Shown piece by piece: positions 36,501 through 51,500 of a DNA stretch of 64,000 bases. The translations under genes were made by a program, and so were the position numbers. The number at the start of each line of letters is the position of its first letter. The first letter of the stretch is position 1. The DNA is from Octopus sinensis (taxonomy: Eukaryota): the NCBI RefSeq assembly GCF_006345805.1, contig NC_043023.1, positions 18,538,001-18,602,000 of the forward strand, written 5' to 3'. Under the pieces are notes generated by a model. It did not search any database, was not told the DNA's origin, and worked only from the letters and a program-made list of their open reading frames with translations.

Positions 36501-39500
36501 TCCATGTTATCAATATTCCAGGATATCAAGATTCCAGGATATCAAGATTCCAGGATATCAAGATACCAGGTTATCAAGATTCCAGGATATCAAGATTCCA
36601 GGCTATCAAGATACCAGGATATCAAGATACCAGGATATCAAGATTCCAGGATATCAAGATTCCAGGATATCAAGATTCCAGGATATCAAGATTCCAGGTT
36701 ATCAAGATTCCAGGATATCAAGATTCAAGGATATCAATATTCCAGGATATCAAGATACCAGTTTATCAAGACTACAGGATATGAAAATTCCAGGTAATAA
36801 AGATTCCAGGATATCAAGATTCCAGGATATCAAGATTCCAGGATATCAAGATTCCAGGATATCAAGATTCCAGGATATCAAGATTCCAGGTTATCAAGAT
36901 TGCAGGATATCAAGATTCCAGGATATCAAGATTCCAGGATATGAAGATTCCAGGTTATCAAGATTCCAGGATATCAAGATTCCAGGATATGAAGATTCCA
37001 GGATATCAATATTCCAGGTTATCATGATTCCAGATATCAAGATTCCAGTATATCAAGATTCCAGGATATCAAGATTCCAGGATATCAAGATTCCAGTAAA
37101 TCAAGATTCCAGGTTATCAAGATACCAGGATGTCAAGATTCCAGGTTATCAAGATTCCAGGATATCAAGATTCCATGTTATCAATATTCCAGGATATCAA
37201 GATTCCAGGATATCAAGATTCCAGGATATCAAGATACCAGGTTATCAAGACTCCAGGATATCAAGATTCCAGGTTATCAAGATTCCAGGATATCAAGATT
37301 CCAGAATATCGAGTTTCCAGGATATAAAGATTCCAGGATATCAAGATTCCAGGATATCAAGATTCCAGGATATCAAGATTCCAGGATATCAAGATTCCAG
37401 GATATCAAGATTCCAGGATATCAAGATTCCATGATATCAAGATTCCAGAATATCAAGATTCCAGGATATCAAGATTCCAGGATATCAAGATTCCAGTAAA
37501 TCAAGATTCCAGGTTATCAAGATACCAGGATGTCAATATTCCAGGTTATCAAGATTCCAGGATATCAAGATTCCATGTTATCAATATTCCAGGATATCAA
37601 GATTCCAGGATATCAAGATTCCAGGATATCAAGATTCCAGGATATCAACATACCAGGTTATCAAGATTCCAGGATATCAAGATTCCAGGCTATCAAGATA
37701 CCAGGATATCAAGATACCAGGATATCAAGATTCCAGGATAACAAGATTCCAGGAAATCAAGATTCCAGGATATCAAGATTCCAGGTTATCAAGATTCCAG
37801 GATATCAAGCTTCAAGGATATCAAGATTCCAGGATATCAAGATACCAGTTTATCAAGACACCAGGATATGAATATTCCAGGTTATCAAGATTCCAGGATA
37901 TCAAGATTCCAGGATATCAAGATTCCAGGATATCAAGATTCCAGGATATCAAGATTCCACTATATCAAGATTCCAGGTTATCAAGATTCCAGGATATCAA
38001 GATTCCATTATATCGAGTTTCCAGGATATAAATATTCCAGGATATCAAGATTCCAGGATATCAAGTTTCCAGGCTATCAAGATTCCAGGATATCAAGATA
38101 CCAGGTTATCAAGAATCCAGAATATCAAGATTCTAGGTTATCAAGATTCCAGGATATCAAGATTCCAGGATATCAAGATTCCAGGATATCAAGATTCCAG
38201 GATATGAAGATTCCAGGTTATCAAGATTACAGGATATCAAGATTCCAGGATATCAAGATTCCAGGATATGAAGATTCCAGGTTATCAAGATTCCAGGATA
38301 TCAAGATTCCAGGATATGAAGATTCCAGGATATCAATATTCCAGGTTATCATGATTCCAGATATCAAGATTCCAGTATATCAAGATTCCAGGATATCAAG
38401 ATTCCAGGATATCAAGATTCCAGTAAATCAAGATTCCAGGTTATCAAGATACCAGGATGTCAAGATTCCAGGTTATCAAGATTCCAGGATATCAAGATTC
38501 CATGTTATCAATATTCCAGGATATCAAGATTCCAGGATATCAAGATTCCAGGATATCAAGATACCAGGTTATCAAGACTCCAGGATATCAAGATTCCAGG
38601 TTATCAGATTCCAGGATATCAAGATTCCAGAATATCGAGTTTCCAGGATATAAAGATTCCAGGATATCAAGATTCCAGGATATCAAGATTCCAGGATATC
38701 AAGATTCCAGGATATCAAGATTCCAGGATATCAAGATTCCAGGATATCAAGATTCCATGATATCAAGATTCCAGAATATCAAGATTCCAGGATATCAAGA
38801 TTCCAGGATATCAAGATTCCAGTAAATCAAGATTCCAGGTTATCAAGATACCAGGATGTCAATATTCCAGGTTATCAAGATTCCAGGATATCAACATACC
38901 AGATTATCAAGATTCCAGGATATCAAGATTCCAGGCTATCAAGATACCAGGATATCAAGATACCAGGATATCAAGATTCCAGGATAACAAGATTCCAGGA
39001 TATCAAGATTCCAGGATATCAAGATTCCAGGTTATCAAGATTCCAGGATATCAAGATTCAAGGATATCAAGATTCCAGGATATCAAGATACCAGTTTATC
39101 AAGACACCAGAATATGAATATTCCAGGTTATCAAGATTCCAGGATATCAAGATTCCAGGATATCAAGATTCCAGGATATCAAGATTCCAGGATATCAAGA
39201 TTCCAGTATATCAAGATTCCAGGTTATCAAGATTCCAGGATATCAAGATTCCAGGATATCGAGTTTCCAGGATATAAATATTCCAGGATATCAAGATTCC
39301 AGGATATCAAGTTTCCAGGATATCAAGATTCCAGGATATCAAGATTCCAGGTTATCAAGAATCCAGAATATCAAGATTCAAGGTTATCAAGATTCCAGGA
39401 TATCAAGATTCCAGGATATCAAGATTCCAGGATATCAAGATTCCAGGATATCAAGATTCCAGGATATCAAGATTCCAGGATATCAAGATTCCAGGATATC

Positions 39501-42500
39501 AAGATCCCAGTAAATCAAGATTCCAGGTAATCAAGATTCCAGGATGTCAAGAATCCAGGTTATCAAGATTCCAGGATATCAATATTCCAGGATATCAAGA
39601 TACCAGGTTATCAAGATTCCAGGATATCAAGATTCCAGGATATCAAGATTCCAGGATATCAAGATTCCAGTATATCAAGATTCCAGGATATCAAGGTTTC
39701 AAGGATATCAAGGTTCCAGGTTATCAAGATTCCAGGATATCAAGATTCCAGGATATCAATTTACCAGGTTATCAAAATTCCAGAATATCAAGATTCAAGG
39801 TTATCAAGATTCCAGGATATCAATATTCCAGGATATCAAGATACCAGTTATCAAGATTCCAGGATATCAAGATTCCAGGATATCAAGATTCCAGCATATC
39901 AAGATACCAGGATATCAAGATTCCAGGATATCAAGATTCCAGGAAATAAAGATTCCATGATATCAAAATTCAAGGATATCAAGATTCCAGGTTATCAAGA
40001 TTCCAGGATATCAAGATTCCAGCTTATCAAGATTCAAGGATATCAAGATTCCAGTATATCAAGATTCCAGGTTATCAAGATTCCAGGATATCAAGATTCC
40101 AGGATATCGAGATTTCAGGATATCAAGATTCCAGGATATCAAGATTCCAGGATATCAAGATTCCAGGTTATCAAGATTCCAGGATATCAAGATTCCAGGT
40201 TATCATGATTCCAGGATATCAAGATTCCAGGATATCAAGATTCCAGGATATCAAGATTCCAGGTTATCAAGACTCCAGGATATTAATATTCCAGGATATC
40301 AAGATTCCAGGATATCAAGATTCCAGGATATCAAGATTCAAGTTTATCAAGATTCCAGGTTATCAAGATTCCAGGATATCAAGATTCCAGGTTATCAAGC
40401 TTCCAGGATATCAAGATTCCAGGATATCAAGATTCCAGGATATCAAGATTCAAGGATATCAAGATTCCAGGTTATCAAGATTCCAGGATATCAAGATTCC
40501 AGGAAATTAAGATTCCAGGATATCAAGATTCAAGGTTATCGAGATTCCATGATATCAAGATTCCAGGATATCAAGATACCAGTTTATCAAGACACCAGGA
40601 TATCAAGATTCCAGTTAATCAAGATTCCAGGTTATCAAGATACCAGGATGTCAATATTCCAGCTTATCAAGATTCCAGGATATCAAGATTCCATGTTATC
40701 AATATTCCAGGATATCAAGATTCCAGGATATCAAGATTCCAGGATATCAAGATACCAGGTTATCAAGATTCCAGGATATCAAGATTCCAGGCTATCAAGA
40801 TACCAGGATATCAAGATACCAGGATATCAAGATTCCAGGATAACAAGATTCCAGGATATCAAGATTCCAGGATATCAAGATTCCAGGTTATCAAGATTCC
40901 AGGATATCAAGATTCAAGGATATCAAGATTCCAGGATATCAAGATACCAGTTTATCAAGACACCAGGATATGAATATTCCAGTTTATCAAGATTCCAGGA
41001 TATCAAGATTCCAGGATATCAAGATTCCAGGATATCAAGATTCCAGGATATGAAGATTCCAGGTTATCAAGATTGCAGGATATCAAGATTCCAGGATATC
41101 AAGATTCCAGGATATGAAGATTCCAGGTTATCAAGATTCCAGGATATCAAGATTCCAGGATATGAAGATTCCAGGATATCAATATTCCAGGTTATCATGA
41201 TTCCAGATATCAAGATTCCAGTATCAAGATTCCAGGATATCAAGATTCCAGGATATCAAGATTCCAGTAAATCAAGATTCCAGGTTATCAAGATACCAGG
41301 ATGTCAAGATTCCAGGTTATCAAGATTCCAGGATATCAAGATTCCATGTTATCAATATTCCAGGATATCAAGATTCCAGGATATCAAGATTCCAGGATAT
41401 CAAGATACCAGGTTATCAAGATTCCAGGATATCAAGATTCCAGGTTATCAAGATTCCAGGATATCAAGATTCCAGAATATCGAGTTTCCAGGATATCAAG
41501 ATTCCAGGATATCAAGATTCCAGGATATCAAGATTCCAGGATATCAAGATTCCAGGATATCAAGATTCCAGGATATCAAGATTCCATGATATCAAGATTC
41601 CAGAATATCAAGATTCCAGGATATCAAGATTCCAGGATATCAAGATTCCAGTAAATCAAGATTCCAGGTTATCAAGATACCAGGATGTCAATATTCCAGG
41701 TTATCAAGATTCCAGGATATCAAGATTCCATGTTATCAATATTCCAGGATATCAAGATTCCAGGATATCAAGATTCCAGGATATCAAGATTCCAGGATAT
41801 CAACATACCAGGTTATCAAGATTCCAGTATATCAAGATTCCAGGCTATCAAGATACCAGGATATCAAGATACCAGGATATCAAGATTCCAGGATAACAAG
41901 ATTCCAGGATATCAAGATTCCAGGATATCAAGATTCCAGGTTATCAAGATTCCAGGATATCAAGATTGAAGGATATCAAGATTCCAGGATATCAAGATAC
42001 CAGTTTATCAAGACACCAGGATATGAATCCAGGTTATCAAGATTCCAGGATATCAAGATTCCAGGATATCAAGATTCCAGGATATCAAGATTCCAGGATA
42101 TCAAGATTCCAGTATATCAAGATTCCAGGTTATCAAGATTCCAGGATATCAAGATTCCAGGATATCGAGTTTCCAGGATATAATATTCCAGGATATCAAG
42201 ATTCCAGTATCAAGTTTCCAGGCTATCAAGATTCCAGGATATCAAGATTCCAGGTTATCAAGAATCCAGAATATCAAGATTCTAGGTTATCAAGATTCCA
42301 GGATATCAAGATTCCAGGATATCAAGATTCCAGGATATCAAGATTCCAGGTTATCAAGATTCCAGGATATCAAGATTCCAGGATATCAAGATTCCAGGAT
42401 ATCAAGATTCAAGGTAATCAAGATTCCAGGATGTCAAGAATCCAGGTTATCGATTCCAGGATATCAATATTCCAGGATATCAAGATACCAGGTTATCAAG

Positions 42501-45500
42501 ATTCCAGGATATCAAGATTCCAGGATATCAAGATACCAGTTTATCAAGATTCCAGTATATCAAGATTCCAGGATATCAAGGTTTCAAGGATATCAAGGTT
42601 CCAGGTTATCAAGATTCCAGGATATCAAGATTCCAGGATATCAATTTCCCAGGTTATCAAGATTCCAGAATATCAAGATTGAAGGTTATCAAGATTCCAG
42701 GATAGCAATATTCCAGGATATCAAGATACCAGGTTATCAAGATTCCAGGATATCAAGATTCCAGGATATCAAGATTCCAGGATATCAAGATTCCAGGAAA
42801 TCAAGATTCCAGGATATCAAAATTCAAGGATATCAAGATTCCAGGTTATCAAGATTCCAGGATATCAAGATTCCAGGTTATCAAGATTCAAGGATATCAA
42901 GATTCCAGTATATGAAGATTCCAGGATATCAATATTCCAGGTTATCATGATTCCAGATATCAAGATTCCAGTATATCAAGATTCCAGGATATCAAGATTC
43001 CAGGATATCAAGATTCCAGTAAATCAAGATTCCAGGTTATCAAGATACCAGGATGTCAAGATTCCAGGATATCAAGATTCAAGGTAATCAAGATTCCAGG
43101 ATGTCAAGAATCCAGGTTATCAAGATTCCAGGATATCAATATTCCAGGATATCAAGATACCAGGTTATCAAGATTCCAGGATATCAAGATTCCAGGATAT
43201 CAAGATACCAGTTTATCAAGATTCCAGTATATCAAGATTCCAGGATATCAAGGTTTCAAGGATATCAAGGTTCCAGGTTCAAGATTCCAGGATATCAAGA
43301 TTCCAGGATATCAATTTACCAGGTTATCAAGTTTCCAGAATATCAAGATTCAAGGTTATCAAGATTCCAGGATATCAATATTCCAGGATATCAAGATACC
43401 AGGTTATCAAGATTCCAGGATATCAAGATTCCAGGATATCAAGATTCCAGCATATCAAGATACCAGGATATCAAGATTCCAGGATATCAAGATTCCAGGA
43501 AATCAAGATTCCAGGATATCAAAATTCAAGGATATCAAGATTCCAGGTTATCAAGATTCCAGGATATGAAGATTCCAGGTTATCAAGATTCCAGGATATC
43601 AAGATTCCAGGATATGAAGATTCCAGGATATCAATATTCCAGGTTATCATGATTCCAGATATCAAGATTCCAGTATATCAAGATTCCAGGATATCAAGAT
43701 TCCAGGATATCAAGATTCCAGTAAATCAAGATTCCAGGTTATCAAGATACCAGGATGTCAAGATTCCAGGTTATCAAGATTCCAGGATATCAAGATTCCA
43801 TGTTATCAATATTCCAGGATATCAAGATTCCAGGATATCAAGATTCCAGGATATCAAGATACCAGGTTATCAAGATTCCAGGATATCAAGATTCCAGGTT
43901 ATCAAGATTCCAGGATATCAAGATTCCAGAATATCGAGTTTCCAGGATATCAAGATTCCAGGATATCAAGATTCCAGGATATCAAGATTCCAGGATATCA
44001 AGATTCCAGGATATCAAGATTCCAGGATATCAAGATTCCATGATATCAAGATTCCAGAATATCAAGATTCCAGGATATCAAGATTCCAGGATATCAAGAT
44101 TCCAGTAAATCAAGATTCCAGGTTATCAAGATACCAGGATGTCAATATTCCAGGTATCAAGATTCCAGGATATCAAGATTCCATGTTATCAATATTCCAG
44201 GATATCAAGATTCCAGGATATCAAGATTCCAGGATATCAAGATTCCAGGATATCAACATACCAGGTTATCAAGATTCCAGTATATCAAGATTCCAGGCTA
44301 TCAAGATACCAGGATATCAAGATACCAGGATATCAAGATTCCAGGATAACAAGATTCCAGGATATCAAGATTCCAGGATATCAAGATTCCAGGTTATCAA
44401 GATTCCAGGATATCAAGATTGAAGGATATCAAGATTCCAGGATATCAAGATACCAGTTTATCAAGACACCAGGATATGAATTCCAGGTATCAAGATTCCA
44501 GGATATCAAGATTCCAGGATATCAAGATTCCAGGATATCAAGATTCCAGGATATCAAGATTCCAGTATATCAAGATTCCAGGTTATCAGATTCCAGGATA
44601 TCAAGATTCCAGGATATCAAGATTCCAGGATATCAAGTTCCAGGCTATCAAGATTCCAGGATATCAAGATTCAGGTTATCAAGATCCAGAATATCAAGAT
44701 TCTAGGTTATCAAGATTCCATGATATCAAGATTCCAGGATATCAAGATTCCAGGATATCAAGATTTCAGGTTATCAAGATTCCAGGATATCAAGATTCCA
44801 GGATATAAAGATTCCAGGATATCAAGATTCAAGGTAATCAAGATTCCAGGATGTCAAGAATCCAGGTTATCAAGATTCCAGGATATCAATATTCCAGGAT
44901 ATCAAGATACCAGGTTATCAAGATTCCAGGATATCAAGATTCCAGTAAATCAAGATTCCAGGTTATCAAGATACCAGGATGTCAATATTCCAGGTTATCA
45001 AGATTCCAGGATATCAAGATTCCATGTTATCAATATTCCAGGATATCAAGATTCCAGGATATCAAGATTCCAGGATATCAAGATTCCAGGATATCAACAT
45101 ACCAGGTTATCAAGATTCCAGTATATCAAGATTCCAGGCTATCAAGATACCAGGATATCAAGATACCAGGATATCAAGATTCCAGGATAACAAGATTCCA
45201 GGATATCAAGATTCCAGGATATCAAGATTCCAGGTTATCAAGATTCCAGGATATCAAGATTGAAGGATATCAAGATTCCAGGATATCAAGATACCAGTTT
45301 ATCAAGACACCAGGATATGATATTCCAGGTATCAAGATTCCAGGATATCAAGATTCCAGGATATCAAGATTCCAGGATATCAAGATTCCAGGATATCAAG
45401 ATTCCAGTATATCAAGATTCCAGGTTATCAAGATTCCAGGATATCAAGATTCCAGGATATCGAGTTTCCAGGATATAAATATTCCAGGATATCAAGATTC

Positions 45501-48500
45501 CAGGATATCAAGTTTCCAGGCTATCAAGATTCCAGGATATCAAGATTCCAGGTTATCAAGAATCCAGAATATCAAGATTCTAGGTTATCAAGATTCCAGG
45601 ATATCAAGATTCCAGGATATCAAGATTCCAGGATATCAAGATTCCAGGTTATCAAGATTCCAGGATATCAAGATTCCAGGATATCAAGATTCCAGGATAT
45701 CAAGATTCAAGGTAATCAAGATTCCAGGATGTCAAGAATCCAGGTTATCGAGATTCCAGGATATCAATATTCCAGGATATCAAGATACCAGGTTATCAAG
45801 ATTCCAGGATATCAAGATTCCAGGATATCAAGATACCAGTTTATCAAGATTCCAGTATATCAAGATTCCAGGATATCAAGGTTTCAAGGATATCAAGGTT
45901 CCAGGTTATCAAGATTCCAGGATATCAAGATTCCAGGATATCAATTCCAGGTTATCAAGATTCCAGAATATCAAGATTGAAGGTTATCAAGATTCCAGGA
46001 TAGCAATATTCCAGGATATCAAGATACCAGTTATCAAGATTCCAGGATATCAAGATTCCAGGATATCAAGATTCCAGGATATCAAGATTCCAGGAAATCA
46101 AGATTCCAGGATATCAAAATTCAAGGATATCAAGATTCCAGTTATCAAGATTCCAGGATATCAAGATTCCAGGTTATCAAGATTCAAGGATATCAAGATT
46201 CCAGTATATGAAGATTCCAGGATATCAATATTCCAGGTTATCATGATTCCAGATATCAAGATTCCAGTATATCAAGATTCCAGGATATCAAGATTCCAGG
46301 ATATCAAGATTCCAGTAAATCAAGATTCCAGGTTATCAAGATACCAGGATGTCAAGATTCCAGGATATCAAGATTCAAGGTAATCAAGATTCCAGGATGT
46401 CAAGAATCCAGGTTATCAAGATTCCAGGATATCAATATTCCAGGATATCAAGATACCAGGTTATCAAGATTCCAGGATATCAAGATTCCAGGATATCAAG
46501 ATACCAGTTTATCAAGATTCCAGTATATCAAGATTCCAGGATATCAAGGTTTCAAGGATATCAAGGTTCCAGGTTATCAAGATTCCAGGATATCAAGATT
46601 CCAGGATATCAATTTACCAGGTTATCAAGTTCCAGAATATCAAGATTCAAGGTTATCAAGATTCCAGGATATCAATATTCCAGGATATCAAGATACCAGG
46701 TTATCAAGATTCCAGGATATCAAGATTCCAGGATATCAAGATTCCAGCATATCAAGATACCAGGATCATCAGATTCCAGGATATCAAGATTCCAGGAAAT
46801 CAAGATTCCAGGATATCAAATTCAAGGATATCAAGATTCCAGGTTATCAAGATTCCAGGATAGAAGATTCCAGGTTATCAAGATTCCAGGATATCAAGAT
46901 TCCAGGATATGAAGATTCCAGGATATCAATATTCCAGGTTATCATGATTCCAGATATCAAGATTCCAGTATATCAAGATTCCAGGATATCAAGATTCCAG
47001 GATATCAAGATTCCAGTAAATCAAGATTCCAGGTTATCAAGATACCAGGATGTCAAGATTCCAGGTTATCAAGATTCCAGGATATCAAGATTCCATGTTA
47101 TCAATATTCCAGGATATCAAGATTCCAGGATATCAAGATTCCAGGATATCAAGATACCAGGTTATCAAGATTCCAGGATATCAAGATTCCAGGTTATCAA
47201 GATTCCAGGATATCAAGATTCCAGAATATCGAGTTTCCAGGATATCAAGATTCCAGGATATCAAGATTCCAGGATATCAAGATTCCAGGATATCAAGATT
47301 CCAGGATATCAAGATTCCAGGATATCAAGATTCCATGATATCAAGATTCCAGAATATCAAGATTCCAGGATATCAAGATTCCAGGATATCAAGATTCCAG
47401 TAAATCAAGATTCCAGGTTATCAAGATACCAGGATGTCAATATTCCAGGTTATCAAGATTCCAGGATATCAAGATTCCATGTTATCAATATTCCAGGATA
47501 TCAAGATTCCAGGATATCAAGATTCCAGGATATCAAGATTCCAGGATATCAACATACCAGGTTATCAAGATTCCAGTATATCAAGATTCCAGGCTATCAA
47601 GATACCAGGATATCAAGATACCAGGATATCAAGATTCCAGGATAACAAGATTCCAGGATATCAAGATTCCAGGATATCAAGATTCCAGGTTATCAAGATT
47701 CCAGGATATCAAGATTGAAGGATATCAAGATTCCAGGATATCAAGATACCAGTTTATCAAGACACCAGGATATGAATATTCCAGGTTATCAAGATTCCAG
47801 GATATCAAGATTCCAGGATATCAAGATTCCAGGATATCAAGATTCCAGGATATCAAGATTCCAGTATATCAAGATTCCAGGTTATCAAGATTCCAGGATA
47901 TCAAGATTCCAGGATATCAAGATTCCAGGATATCAAGTTTCCAGGCTATCAAGATTCCAGGATATCAAGATTCCAGGTTATCAAGAATCCAGAATATCAA
48001 GATTCTAGGTTATCAAGATTCCAGGATATCAAGATTCCAGGATATCAAGATTCCAGGATATCAAGATTTCAGGTTATCAAGATTCCAGGATATCAAGATT
48101 CCAGGATATAAAGATTCCAGGATATCAAGATTCAAGGTAATCAAGATTCCAGGATGTCAAGAATCCAGGTTATCAAGATTCCAGGATATCAATATTCCAG
48201 GATATCAAGATACCAGGTTATCAAGATTCCAGGATATCAAGATTCCAGGATATCAAGATACCAGTTTATCAAGATTCCAGTATATCAAGATTCCAGGATA
48301 TCAAGGTTTCAAGGATATCAAGGTTCCAGGTTATCAAGATTCCAGGATATCAAGATTCCAGGATATCAATTTACCAGGTTATCAAGATTCCAGAATATCA
48401 AGATTCAAGGTTATCAAGATTCCAGGATATCAATATTCCAGGATATCAAGATACCAGGTTATCAAGATTCCAGGATATCAAGATTCCAGGATATCAAGAT

Positions 48501-51500
48501 TCCAGCATATCAAGATACCAGGATATCAAGATTCCAGGATATCAAGATTCCAGGAAATCAAGATTCCAGGATATCAAAATTCAAGGATATCAAGATTCCA
48601 GGTTATCAAGATTCCAGGATATCAAGATTCCAGGTTATCAAGATTCAAGGATATCAAGATTCCAGTATATCAAGATTCCAGGTTATCAAGATTCCAGGAT
48701 ATCAAGATTCCAGGATATCGAGATTCCAGGATATCAAGATTCCAGGATATCAAGATTCCAGGATATCAAGATTCAAGGATATCAAGATTCCAGGTTATCA
48801 AGATTCCAGGATATCAAGATTCCAGGAAATTAAGATTCCAGGATATCAAGATTCAAGGTTATCGAGATTCCATGATATCAAGATTCCAGGATATCAAGAT
48901 ACCAGTTTATCAAGACACCAGGATATGAAGATTCCAGGTTATCGAGATTCCAGGATATCAAGATACGAGGATATCAAGATTCCAGGATATCAAGATTCCA
49001 GGATATCAAGATTCCAGGTTATCAAGATTCCAGGATATCAAGATTCCAGGATATAAAGATTCCAGGATATCAAGATTCCAGTAAATCAAGATTCAAGGTA
49101 ATCAAGATTCCAGAATGTCAAGAATCCAGGTTATCAAGATTCCAGGATATCAATATTCCAGGATATCAAGATACCAGGTTAACAAGATTCCAGGATATCA
49201 AGATTCCAGGATACCAAGATTCCAGGTTATCAAGATTCCATGATACCAAGATTCCAGGATATCAAGATACAAGGTTATCAAGATACCAGGTTATCAAGAT
49301 TCCAGGATATCAAGATTCTAGGATATCAAGGTTTCAAGGATATCAAGATTCCAGGTTATCAAGATTCCAGGATATCAAGATTCCAGGATATCAAGTTACC
49401 AGGTTATCAAGATACCAGAATATCAAGATTCAAGCTTATCAAGATTCCAGGATATCAATATTCCAGGATATCAAGATACCAGGTTATCAAGATTCCAGGA
49501 TATCAAGATTCCAGGATATCAAGATTCCAGGATATCAAGATACCAGGATATCAAGATTCCAGGATATCAAGATTCCAGGAATCAAGATTCCAGGATATCA
49601 AGATTCAAGGATATCAAGATTCCAGGTTATCAAGATTCCAGGATATCAAGATTCCAGGTTATCAAGATTCCAGGATATCAAGATTCCAGGATATCAAGAT
49701 TCCAGGTTATCAAGATTCCAGGATATCAAGATTCCAGATATCAAATTCAAGATTCCAGTATATCAAGATTCCAGGTTATCAAGATTCCAGGTTATCAAGA
49801 TTCCAGGATATCGATTTCCAGGATATAAGATTCCAGGATATCAAGATTCCAGGATATCAAGATTCCAGGCTATCAAGATTCCAGGACATCAAGATTCCAG
49901 GTTATCAAGAATCCAGAATATCAAGATTCTAGGTTATCAAGATTCCAGTATATCAAGATTCCAGGATATCAAGATTCCAGGATATCAAGATTCCAGTTTA
50001 TCAAGATTCCAGGATATCAAGATTCCAGGATATCAAGATTCCAGGATATCAAGATTCCAGGATATCAAGATTCCAGTAAATCAAGATTCAAGGTAATCAA
50101 GATTCCAGGATGTCAAGAATCCAGGTTATCAAGATTCCAGGATATCAATATTCCAGGATATCAAGATACCAGGTTATCAAGATTCTAGGATATCAAGATT
50201 CCGGGATATCAAGATTCCAGGTTATCAAGATTGCATGATATCAAGATTCCAGGATATCAAGATACCAGTTTATCAAGATTCCAGGATATCAAGATTCCAG
50301 GATATCAAGGTTTCAAGGATATCAAGATTCCAGGTTATCAAGATTCCAGGATATCAAGATTCCAGGATATCAAGTTACCAGGTTATCAACATTCCAGAAT
50401 ATCAAGATTCAAGGTTATCAAGATTCCAGGATATCAATATTCCAGGATATCAAGATACCAGGTTATCAAGATTCCAGGATATCAAGATTCCAGGAGATCA
50501 AGATTCCAGGATATCAAGATACCAGGATATCAAGATTCCAGGATATCAAGATTCCAGGAAATCAAGATTCCAGGATATCAAGATTCAAGGATATAAAGAT
50601 TCCAGGTTATCAAGATTCCAGGATATCAAGATTCCAGGTTATCAAGATTCAAGGATATCAAGATTCCAGTATATCAAGATTTCAGGTTATCAAGATTCCA
50701 GTATATCAAGATTCCAGGATATCGAGATTCCAGGATATCGAGATTCCAGGATATCAAGATTCCAGGATATCAAGATTCCAGGATATCAAGAATCCAGGAT
50801 ATCAAGATTCCAGGATATCAAGATTCCAGGATATCAAGATTCCAGCATATCAAGATTCCAGGTTATCAAGATTCCAGGATATCAATATTCCAGGATATCA
50901 AGATTCCAGGATATCAAGATTCAAGGATATCAAGATTCCAGTATATAAAGATTCCAGGTTATCAAGATTCCAGGATATGAAGATTCCAGGTTATCAAGCT
51001 TCCAGGATATCAAGATTCCAGGATATCAAGATTTCAGGATATTAAGATTCCAGGATATCAAGATTCAAGGTTATCGAGATTCCATGATATCAAGATTCAA
51101 GTTTATCAAGACACCAAGATATGAAGATTCCAGGATATCAACATTCCAGGATATCAAGATTCCAGGATATCAAGATTCAAGTTTATCAAGATTCCAGGAT
51201 ATCAAGATTCCAGTATATCAAGATACCAGGATACCAAGATTCCAGGATATCAAGATTCCAGGTTATCAAGATTCAAGGATATCAAGATTCCAGGATATCA
51301 AGATTCCAGGTTATCAAGATTCCAGGATATCAAGATTCCAGGATATCAAGATTCCAGTATATCAAGATTCCAGGTTATCAAGATTCCAGGATATCAAGAT
51401 TCCAGGATATCGAGTTTCCAGGATATAAATATTCCAGGATATCAAGATTCCAGGATATCAAGATTCCAGGCTATCAAGATTCCAGGATATCAAGATTCCA